Source of the DNA: Alphaproteobacteria bacterium
GTDB lineage: Bacteria > Pseudomonadota > Alphaproteobacteria > SP197
DNA length: 64,000 nt
Direction: 5' to 3'
NCBI GenBank assembly: GCA_965215635.1
Contig: CBDCEA010000004.1
Coordinates: 308,897 to 372,896, forward strand
Positions 57,188 to 64,000 of the stretch are shown here, one piece after another. The notes under the pieces were generated by a model, which was not told where the DNA came from, searched no databases, and saw only the letters and a program-made list of their open reading frames with translations. Numbering within the stretch: position 1 is the first letter of the stretch; every line of letters begins with the position of its first letter. The translations under genes were made by a program, and so were the position numbers.

Positions 57188-58309
57188 ATGCTCACACACG
57201 ATCCCGTCGACCAATTTCTTTCGGGCCGGATGGATCGGCGCACACTCGGCAAGGCGCTTGGCTCGCTTGGCGTCGGCATCGCGGCCATGCCGCTTGTTGC
57301 ACAGGAAACACGGGCCGACGAGGAGGAGGCTAACTTCTTCACCTGGGCGGGTTATGAAAACCCTGTGTTCCATCAGAGCTACATCGACAGGTACGGCAAC
57401 TCGCCCAATATTACGTTCTTCGGCGGCACCACAGAAGCCAAGAACAAGATTCTCGCCGGGTACAAAACCGACATCGGCCACCCCTGTTCGGGTGGTGTCA
57501 CGGAATGGTATGCCGCCGGGATCATCGCGCCGTTCGACACCGGCCGAATGAAGCACTGGAATGACTACTTCGAGCCTCTCAGGAACATCAGTTCAACCCT
57601 TACGAATGAAGGCGAACACCTGTTCGTCCCGTGGGATTGGGGTAATTCGTCAATCCTCTACCGCACCGACCTCGTGGATATCGAGGAGGAATCCTGGAGC
57701 CTGCTGTTCGACGAACGATACAAGGGCAGGCTTGCGACCTACGATTCGCCACAGGCTGGCGTACAAGTCGCAGCCCAGGTGCTCGGCTTCGAGAACCTCG
57801 AGTCGCTGAGCGACGAGCAACTCGCTGAAGTCAGGAAGCTTCTGGAGAAGCAGCGTTCGGTGCTGCGGTTCTATTGGGAAAGCCAGTCCGAGGCAGGCCA
57901 AGCCATGGTCGCGGGCGAGTTGGTCGCGACCTACGCCTGGAACGATCTCTACAAAACGGTTTCCGACCAGGGGTTGCCGGTGAAGTACATGTCGCCAAAG
58001 GAAGGGGCGCGTAATTGGGTTTGTGGTTTCGTGCTGACCAGCCCCGACAACCGCGTTGGCAGTGACGATCGCGTTTACGATTTCCTCGATGCCATGATGT
58101 CACCCGAAGCCGGTGCCTATCTGATTGACGAGTACAGCTACGGCGCGGCCAATAGCAAGTCCTTTGACCTGGTTTCGCCCGAGCGTATCGCCGAGGTCGG
58201 CCTGTCCGATCCCGATGCTTTCCTCGCAAAGGGCATCCTGGCGCCCATACCGCCCGAGTTCGATGTAAAGTACGTCAACCTGTGGGAGCAGGTGAAGCTC
58301 GGTATGTAG
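57188..58309 (+). CDS. PotD/PotF-like periplasmic substrate-binding protein (TAT signal), paralog 4
   Basis: ...MDRRTLGKALGSLGVGIAAMPLVAQ..., WAGYENPVF, PWDWGNSSILYRTDL and KEGARNWVCG. Confidence 0.8.
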   Translation: MLTHDPVDQFLSGRMDRRTLGKALGSLGVGIAAMPLVAQETRADEEEANFFTWAGYENPVFHQSYIDRYGNSPNITFFGGTTEAKNKILAGYKTDIGHPCSGGVTEWYAAGIIAPFDTGRMKHWNDYFEPLRNISSTLTNEGEHLFVPWDWGNSSILYRTDLVDIEEESWSLLFDERYKGRLATYDSPQAGVQVAAQVLGFENLESLSDEQLAEVRKLLEKQRSVLRFYWESQSEAGQAMVAGELVATYAWNDLYKTVSDQGLPVKYMSPKEGARNWVCGFVLTSPDNRVGSDDRVYDFLDAMMSPEAGAYLIDEYSYGAANSKSFDLVSPERIAEVGLSDPDAFLAKGILAPIPPEFDVKYVNLWEQVKLGM

Positions 58310-58539
58310 TGCAGTTGCAGCACGCACCGGCAGGCCAGCGCATCGTGAGCCTGGCGGTGCGTGCTGGTTCGGCGTTGATGTCTGGTACTGGCCGCAACGG
58401 CCACGCTGTGCGGTGCAAGGTCCTATGAGGCAGGGGGTCGGTGACCTCTCGCCGGTGATGCCGGACCACTTCCGCTGGCGCCGTGTCAATGGAACCCGTG
58501 AGAGACTAGGCATCAACTGTCTGTGCAATGTGATCGTGG

Positions 58540-58830
58540 AGGTGGAGCCGGGGGAGCTCGATGCCGCGGTTCACCGCCCACGGTCAGAACGACACGTCGC
58601 TGGCCATCGACGGCAATACCATGAAGGGTGTCATCGACGAGGAGGGCCGTCAGGTTCATATCCCCACCCCGTTCTGACCGGTGTTGACGGCTCCGACACG
58701 CGCGCCAACGAGATCGGGGTAGTGATCCCGGTGCTCGAACAGCTCGGCGACCTCGCCGGCAAGACCATCACCGCCGATGCCATGCCGATCCTTAAAAAAT
58801 CGCCTCTTGGCTGTTCGAACGCGAAGCCGA
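58540..58830 (+). mobile_element. remnant of an ISAs1-family (H-repeat-associated) transposase gene, frameshifted
   Basis: LAIDGNTMKGVIDEEGRQVHIPTPF in one frame and GVVIPVLEQLGDLAGKTITADAMPILKK in another. These resemble the IAIDGKTLR... and IPELL..LD..G.I.T.DAMG... blocks of ISAs1 transposases. Confidence 0.5.
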
Positions 58831-58919
58831 TTGCATGGTCATCGCCAGGGACACTTGCTCGAGTACATCCGACTGTGGTTCCACCACGACGCACAGTCTG
58901 CCGACCTGGCCGGGTACCG

Positions 58920-60836
58920 TTTGGTATCCCGCGGTTAGCCCGGCGGGGGCATTGCTGCGCCCCGCCCCCCACAGAGCCGAGCGTGCGCGATTGACGCACT
59001 CGGTTCCTCACCTGACAGGTTCGCTCACGACGGGTGTCGATGAGCGCACGAACTGGACCGACGGCAGGGGGTAGCGCTTGAGGATTGTGTTCATCCGGTC
59101 CCAGTTCAGGCACCGGCGGCGGCTGCGGCGTAAGAGCCACTTCCGCCAGGTGCGAGCGACCTGGTAGCGGAACCACTCCAGACGTTTGCCGTTGCCCGTC
59201 AGACCATAGTAGGCGTTGTGGCCCCGGACCACCCGAACAAGGTAGTCATGCTGCGCCTTGATCGGCAGATGCCGGTGGCTCTTGCACCAGTCGTGTACCG
59301 ATTTCAGCGCGCGGGCGAAGCGGCCTTTCGCCGTAATCTGGCGAACGACGTCCTTGCCTCGCAGCGACCGCCCCCAGACGTGGGTGAAGCCGAGGAAGTC
59401 GAACGTCGTGGCCGATGCCATCCGGTGACGCCCGTAGGGGCGCCTCCGGCGGAAGTCCACATAGCGCGTCTTGGTCTCATGGAGCGTGAGCCCGTATCGA
59501 CCGAGACGTTTGCCCAGCACGTCAAGCAGACGCTTGCCGCTGTGGCGGTCTTCGAAGGCAACAACAAAGTCATCAGCGAATCTCACCAGCTGGCAGTTGC
59601 CGCGCAAGCGCGGCCTCGCCTCGTCCTCGAACCACTTGTCCAGCACATGGTGCAGGAAGATGTTGGAGAGAATCGGCGAGATCACCCCACCCTGGGGTGT
59701 GCCAGCGACCGGCCTGTGCACGGTGCCCTCTTCGAGCACCCCCGCTTTCAGCCACTTGTCGATCATGCGCCTTACGACGCCGTCCTTGATCCGCAGGTCG
59801 AGGAAGGACCGCAGGTGGGTGTGCGAGATCGAGTCGAAGTACGACTTCACATCCGCATCGATCACCCACCGTTGGCGCTGCTCGATGATGCCCGCCCGAA
59901 GGGCCTTGAGGGCATCGTGAGCCGAGCGCCCGGGCCGGAAGCCGTACGAGCACGGTAGAAAGTCCGTCTCGTAGATCGCCTCCAGCAGCATCAGGATCGC
60001 CCGCTGCGCCACCTTGTCTTCGAACGTCGGGATGCCCAGTGGGCGTTTCGTGCCGTCCGCCTTGGGGATGTAGTGGCGTCGCACCGGCGGCGCGACGTAG
60101 CGGCCCGACTTCATCCGGTCCAGGAGGTCGTTGAGATTGGCCTCAAGGTCCTTCTCGTAGTCGGCCGCCGTCACGCCGTCGATGCCTGTCGCCCCATCCT
60201 TGCGCGTCCGGTGGTACGCTTCGTGCATCCACGCGCCGTCGATCAGATGGTGCAGGGACGTGAACACCCGATCCGGATGCTCCCTCGCCTGTTCGGCTAT
60301 CCACTGCTGTTTCGTGTACGTGTTCATGGAACTCAGGGTTTCCTCCAGCGTTTCCCATCAGTGGTTCTGTACAGATGACGCCCCGCTTCCCTCCAGCGGG
60401 TCCCGATGGCCACGGTTCCCCGCCTTCCACAGTACTATCAAGGCGCTACGACTCCCTGCCCCCGCATGGCCTTCGGCTTATTGGTTTCGCCAGCCGGCTC
60501 CACGAGCGCCTGCCGGGGTTCGTGTTCGCCATAGGCGCTCCCGCCGCCGTGCAGGCCCGTCGGCAGGCCAGGTCTTGATTGGTCACGCTGGCATTCCCTC
60601 TTCCAGCGGTCTTGCCCGTGGGCAAGGACAGGATCTCCCAGGTTCCCTGGTCATCCATCCCGTGGCTTTGCGCCGGTCCACGACCCCGGACGACCCGTTG
60701 CGCCTCGCCACTCGCGGCGCTTCCGATGCTGCCCCCACACGCTTAACAATGAAGGCGTCGTCGCTTTACGATTTCGAGGCTTACCCCACCGCTTCATCAC
60801 CTGCTGTCTACGCTTCACGACGGGCGCTTGCCGCAC
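58920..60836 (-). mobile_element. bacterial group II intron (about 1.9 kb) with an En-minus intron-encoded protein; boundaries approximate
   Basis: The intron-encoded protein occupies 59008-60327. A domain-V-like 33-nt hairpin lies directly after its stop (minus strand GAACCGAGUGCGUCAAUCGCGCACGCUCGGCUC, plus 58974-59006). A GUGCG 5' end candidate is at plus 60836. A G/C-rich domain-VI-like stem is at 58925-58970. Confidence 0.7.
59008..60327 (-). CDS. group II intron reverse transcriptase/maturase (intron-encoded protein), 439 aa, no endonuclease domain
   Basis: RT domains 0-7 including the FADDFVV (YADD-type) motif, and the X/maturase domain (...RVVRGHNAYYGLTGNGKRLEWF...). The C-terminus lacks the H-N-H/Zn motifs. 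Confidence 0.9.
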   Translation of the reverse strand: MNTYTKQQWIAEQAREHPDRVFTSLHHLIDGAWMHEAYHRTRKDGATGIDGVTAADYEKDLEANLNDLLDRMKSGRYVAPPVRRHYIPKADGTKRPLGIPTFEDKVAQRAILMLLEAIYETDFLPCSYGFRPGRSAHDALKALRAGIIEQRQRWVIDADVKSYFDSISHTHLRSFLDLRIKDGVVRRMIDKWLKAGVLEEGTVHRPVAGTPQGGVISPILSNIFLHHVLDKWFEDEARPRLRGNCQLVRFADDFVVAFEDRHSGKRLLDVLGKRLGRYGLTLHETKTRYVDFRRRRPYGRHRMASATTFDFLGFTHVWGRSLRGKDVVRQITAKGRFARALKSVHDWCKSHRHLPIKAQHDYLVRVVRGHNAYYGLTGNGKRLEWFRYQVARTWRKWLLRRSRRRCLNWDRMNTILKRYPLPSVQFVRSSTPVVSEPVR

Positions 60837-60873
60837 GCCATGCAAGACTCGCTTCCGGCTGGCGGGCTGCGCC

Positions 60874-60910
60874 TTTGCCGGGCGGGAGTCGAACCCGCTG
60901 GATCACAACG
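60874..60910 (-). other. tRNA 3'-half-like fragment (T-arm GCGGG-UUCGACU-CCCGC plus a 7-nt acceptor-like strand); no complete tRNA
   Basis: Minus strand ...CCAGCGGGUUCGACUCCCGCCCGGCAAA.... No matching 5' acceptor strand or D/anticodon arms were found. It lies 40 nt 5' of the intron insertion point. Confidence 0.3.
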
Positions 60911-61055
60911 AGAGGTTTCAGTTCATGTCATCCTCCTCTCCAGGGCTTGCCCTGGCGCAATAAGCGTTCGTTCCGCAGGTGATGGCTGAGTTTTTCTTTT
61001 AGCGTGATTCATTTTTCACTGGCAACTTGGATCGGCATGTGCCAGGACTGTAGGC

Positions 61056-61771
61056 ATGCCAGGTCTTCAGGAAGCATTGCACTCGATGACGGCGGGCCCG
61101 GTTCCGGGTCCGTCTGGCGCTCCGGAGGTCTGGCCCCGGCTTCACGAGGAAGAGAAGCGCCGCGCGGATGCTGTGGACGGGCGTGCCGAACGGCTCAAAC
61201 GGGAGAAGGTCCAGGCGCACCGCGAGGCGCGGTACTGGAAAGCGCAGTGGGGTCGGGCCCGGAACGCGCTCGAGGCGGCGCGTGCGGAAGCGGAGGACTT
61301 GCGCCGTGCGTCGAAGGATGCGTTGCATCTGCGCTCGGAGGTCGATCGTCTTGAGACGCTTCTTGCCGCCATCGGTGTCGATACGCGCAAGCGTAGCACG
61401 ATGGCGTCCCTGCGGATCGAGAACGGCCGGTTGCAGGCCGGGAGCGAAGCCCTGGGCAAGCGGCTGCAGGAGGTCGAGAGCGAGCGTGACGGCCTGCGCT
61501 CGCAGGTTGAGACCCTGTCGCGCGCGCAGTTCGGTCGCAAGAGCGAACGGGGCCACAAGGGTACGGGCCACAAGGGTACGGGCCACAAGGGTACGGGCCA
61601 CAAGGGTACGGGCCACAAGGGTACGGGCCACAAGGGTACGGGCCGCAAGGGTACGGGCCGCAAGACGGGGCCGGACGACAAGGGGAAGACCGGCAAGCGC
61701 GGCCCGCGGCCCGGCGGCAAGACCCACGGGCGCACGCCGCGCCCCGAACTGGCCCGCGAGAGAGAGGTTCA
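61056..61771 (+). pseudogene. N-terminal fragment of an IS66-family TnpC-like transposase gene (leucine zipper plus FGRKSE motif), interrupted by the IS481-like element
   Basis: ...[20 protein letters not shown] is the IS66 TnpC hallmark (L..LFGRKSE). It is followed by an expanded HKGTG repeat and Arg/Pro-rich sequence, with no DDE domain. Confidence 0.5.
61551..61664 (+). repeat. 15-bp tandem repeat array, about 7.6 copies (ggccacaagggtacg), encoding (H/R)KGTG repeats
   Basis: Six perfect copies followed by two ggccgcaag... variants. Confidence 0.95.
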
Positions 61772-63075
61772 CGACCTGTCGCTCCTCAAAACCTCATCGG
61801 CCCCAGAAATCCCGGCATTTCAGCCCACTGCCGACTACCGTCTGCTACATGAAAACGATCGTCATGATCCTCGTCGCCTTCGTCCACGAGATCGTCTTGA
61901 GCCGCGCGACGTTACAGCTGGAAAACGTCGCTCTCCGCCAACAAGTGGCGGTCCTGAAGCGGGAAAGACCACGGCCGCGGCTTCATCCCCTCGACCGCGT
62001 GTACTGGGTCTTGCTATTTCACCTGTGGCCACGTTGGAAGGACGCCCTTGTCATCGTCAAGCCCGAGACGGTCATCGGCTGGCACCGCCGGGGGTTCCGC
62101 CTTTTCTGGAAATGGAAGTCGTGCCACGGAAAGCCGGGTCGCCCGCGAACCTCGAAGGAAATACGTGAACTCATCCAACGAATGAGCCGCGAGAACCCGT
62201 TGTGGGGCGCTCCCCGCAACCACGGCGAGTTATTGAAGCTGGGCATCGATGTCAGCCAAGCGACTGTAACGAGATACATGGTGCGGCATCCGAAGCCGCC
62301 GTCGCAGACCTGGCGGACGTTCCTCGACAACCATGTGGGCAGTCTCGTTTCGATCGATTTCTTTGTGGTCCCGACGGCCAGGTTTGCCGTTTTGTTTGTC
62401 TTCATCGTGCTGCGCCATGAGCGGCGGCGCATCGAGCATTTTGGCGTCACCGCACATCCGAGCGCGGATTGGGTGGCACAGCAGATGCGCGAAGCCTTTC
62501 CGTGGGACACGGCGCCGCGGTATCTGATCCGCGACCGGGACGGCGCGTACGGGAAATCGTTCCGCTCGACGATAATGGCAATGGGCGCGAAAGAGGTCGT
62601 CACGGCGCCACAAAGGCCGTGGCAGAATCCATATGTTGAACGCCTGATCGGCAGCGTGAGGCGCGAATGCCTGAACCACGTGATCATCTTGAATGAACGG
62701 CATCTGAGACGGGTCCTTGTTTCGTACCTCGATTATTACCACCGATCCCGAACCCATCTTTCGCTGGGCAAGGACACCCCCGAGGGGCGACCAGTTCAGC
62801 CCGGCGGCAGCGGAAAGATCGTGTCGTTTCCACAGGTCGGCAGGCTCCATCATCGGTACGAGCGGCTCGCGGCCTGAACACCGCTGGGTTCCGTCTGAAG
62901 GTTCTCGTGTGGCTATGACGAAGCCACCGGGATCGGTCAGAGACTCGCTAGCACATCCTGCCGCGTCGAGTACCTCGCCGATGGCCGACGGAAAAATTCA
63001 AACACCGTTTTCTGAAATCACCTCGCCCGGTGGGCTGAAATGCCAGGAATTCGGCGGCCGACGAGGTTTTGAGGA
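61772..63075 (+). mobile_element. apparently complete IS481-like (IS3-superfamily, rve-integrase-core) insertion sequence, about 1.3 kb, with about 55-bp imperfect terminal inverted repeats
   Basis: IRL cgacctgtcgctcctcaaaacctcatcggccccagaaatcccggcatttcagcccactg versus the reverse complement of IRR cgcctgtcgttcctcaaaacctcgtcggccgccgaattcctggcatttcagcccaccg, about 85 % identical. The transposase ORF lies between them. Confidence 0.75.
61849..62877 (+). CDS. IS481-like transposase (HTH plus rve integrase catalytic core), 343 aa
   Basis: ...[48 protein letters not shown]... (HTH), then the DDE core (...[10 protein letters not shown]...[11 protein letters not shown]...[11 protein letters not shown]...[47 protein letters not shown]). 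Confidence 0.8.
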   Translation: MKTIVMILVAFVHEIVLSRATLQLENVALRQQVAVLKRERPRPRLHPLDRVYWVLLFHLWPRWKDALVIVKPETVIGWHRRGFRLFWKWKSCHGKPGRPRTSKEIRELIQRMSRENPLWGAPRNHGELLKLGIDVSQATVTRYMVRHPKPPSQTWRTFLDNHVGSLVSIDFFVVPTARFAVLFVFIVLRHERRRIEHFGVTAHPSADWVAQQMREAFPWDTAPRYLIRDRDGAYGKSFRSTIMAMGAKEVVTAPQRPWQNPYVERLIGSVRRECLNHVIILNERHLRRVLVSYLDYYHRSRTHLSLGKDTPEGRPVQPGGSGKIVSFPQVGRLHHRYERLAA

Positions 63076-64000
63076 ACGACAGGCGCCCTGTAGATGGAAT
63101 TTGCGCTTCCATCGTTCGCAATCGTGATCCGTCGACCGACTTGCGCATGCAGCTCAAGCCCGAGAGGAATAGGATTGCGTGCAAGGAACTTTCCTACCTC
63201 TTCGACCTTCGTGTCGAAGTCCGGTCCGAGCCGGTAGGCCGTTTGCGCCTGCTCCATCGCGGCATTGAACGACCGGGCGCGCTGGCCCAGCAGCCCCTGG
63301 AGGCAGCGTGCGAAGTTCTCCTTCGACCCTTCGAGCTTGGCGTCCTTCAGGGCGACGTGGCTGTCGTCGTGAGCTTCGCAAAGCCACACGGTATCACCAT
63401 CAATCCGCTCGAATTGACCGAGATGACGACGTTGTCCCGGTTCGGGCTGGCACCGAACGAGATGGAGCCCGGCAAGATCAACCTTGGCGTCCTGCAGGCG
63501 GGTCAGATCCGTGTCAATATCGTAATGCATGTTGATGGTAACGAAAATGCCGACGCGGGACCATCCGTCCGCGAGTTCGTAGATCTTGGGGTGTATGCGA
63601 TAGCGCGGCCTGACACGAAAGCCATCGAGCAAGGAGGGGTCGATTCCGGCATCTTTGGCGGCCGTCGCGACCAAGTCCTGCTTTTGCGCCAGAAAGGTGA
63701 ACGGTCGCCGCCTCAGCGGTTCATACTTGTGGAAGACTTCAGCCACGCTGTCTTCCAGGCATGATCGCAGGAGCCAGGGATGCTCGCGCGTACGGAGGGT
63801 GACCGTGCGACCAGACACATTCACGCCACCGCCCTTGAGGCGGAGATAGTAGAGCATGCCCTTGAACCAGTGAACGAACCAATGGTCGGACACGCGCTCA
63901 CGCTCCGCCTTGACCTCAGCACCGTCAGGAAAGTCGCGAACCAGAACTTCAACGGTCTCCGGCAGAACAACCTCGAAACCGTTGGTGACGAGGGGTCCTG
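63018..64000 (-). CDS. protein of unknown function, N-terminally incomplete (runs off window end); its last codons and stop lie inside the right inverted repeat of the IS481-like element
   Basis: Continuous reverse-strand reading frame from 64000 (...GPLVTNGFEVVLPETVEVLVRDFPDGAEVKAERERVSDHWFVHWFKGMLYYLRLKGGG...INMHYDIDTD...) with protein-like composition. No family recognised by eye. Confidence 0.45.
   Translation of the reverse strand, partial: GPLVTNGFEVVLPETVEVLVRDFPDGAEVKAERERVSDHWFVHWFKGMLYYLRLKGGGVNVSGRTVTLRTREHPWLLRSCLEDSVAEVFHKYEPLRRRPFTFLAQKQDLVATAAKDAGIDPSLLDGFRVRPRYRIHPKIYELADGWSRVGIFVTINMHYDIDTDLTRLQDAKVDLAGLHLVRCQPEPGQRRHLGQFERIDGDTVWLCEAHDDSHVALKDAKLEGSKENFARCLQGLLGQRARSFNAAMEQAQTAYRLGPDFDTKVEEVGKFLARNPIPLGLELHAQVGRRITIANDGSANSIYRAPVVPQNLVGRRIPGISAHRAR

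Noticed and set aside
60874-60910. A complete tRNA gene around the T-arm-like GCGGGTTCGACTCCCGC
   Set aside because: No 5' acceptor strand complementary to CCGGCAA, and no D or anticodon arms could be folded from the upstream 60 nt. Retained only as a possible tRNA 3'-fragment/att remnant.
61551-61664. The 15-bp tandem array as a CRISPR array
   Set aside because: Units are contiguous with no spacers, only 15 bp long and in frame within a coding fragment. No cas genes are present anywhere in the window.
63069-63764. ORF 63069..63764 (+) as a gene
   Set aside because: It is the antisense of the well-formed minus-strand reading frame 63018..64000 and has biased, low-complexity composition.

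Overview
This 64-kb window is high-GC (about 62-65 %) bacterial DNA with the coding style of a proteobacterium. Protein families and twin-arginine signal peptides suggest an alphaproteobacterial origin. It reads as an accessory catabolic region, possibly a plasmid, chromid or genomic island, rather than core chromosome.

The dominant content is amidohydrolases and the enzymes that dispose of their products:
- four CocE/NonD-fold hydrolase copies or fragments
- a two-ORF N,N-dimethylformamidase-like pair
- an N-formylglutamate-amidohydrolase-family gene and an AS-family amidase
- two arginase-fold ureohydrolases, one of them catalytically degenerate
- a fused ureAB plus ureC urease with no accessory genes in the window
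- a cytoplasmic NAD-type formate dehydrogenase (fused FdsGB plus FdsA)

Transport genes are abundant:
- a NitT/TauT-family ABC importer in the same operon as the ureohydrolase pair and urease
- a DppBCDF-type importer embedded in an approximately 12-kb co-directional hydrolase-FDH gene array
- four paralogous TAT-signal PotD/PotF-like orphan substrate-binding proteins and one orphan DppA-like substrate-binding protein

A second cluster, several members of which are frameshifted, is headed by a single-domain response regulator and contains RibBX, a class-II aminotransferase, a BKACE/Kce enzyme, a PEAMT-like methyltransferase, a persulfide-dioxygenase-rhodanese fusion and a PhyH-family pseudogene. 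Sulfur and one-carbon housekeeping genes follow:
- a TPP-dependent enzyme next to an IPMDH-family dehydrogenase
- rhodanese, Hsp20 and metZ (with a candidate SAM-II leader) followed by mmuM
- rhlE

The region is heavily scarred by mobile DNA:
- two IS630-family copies and an IS5/IS1182 remnant
- an ISAs1 remnant carrying an antisense, En-minus group II intron
- an IS66 TnpC fragment with a 15-bp tandem array, interrupted by an intact IS481-like element with TIRs
- an illegitimate-recombination chimera of CocE and ureC fragments
- diverged direct repeats bracketing a 5-kb segment

At least six genes carry frameshifts or nonsense codons. This could be real decay or assembly error. All functional calls are homology recollections made from reading the translations by eye; none was checked against a database.
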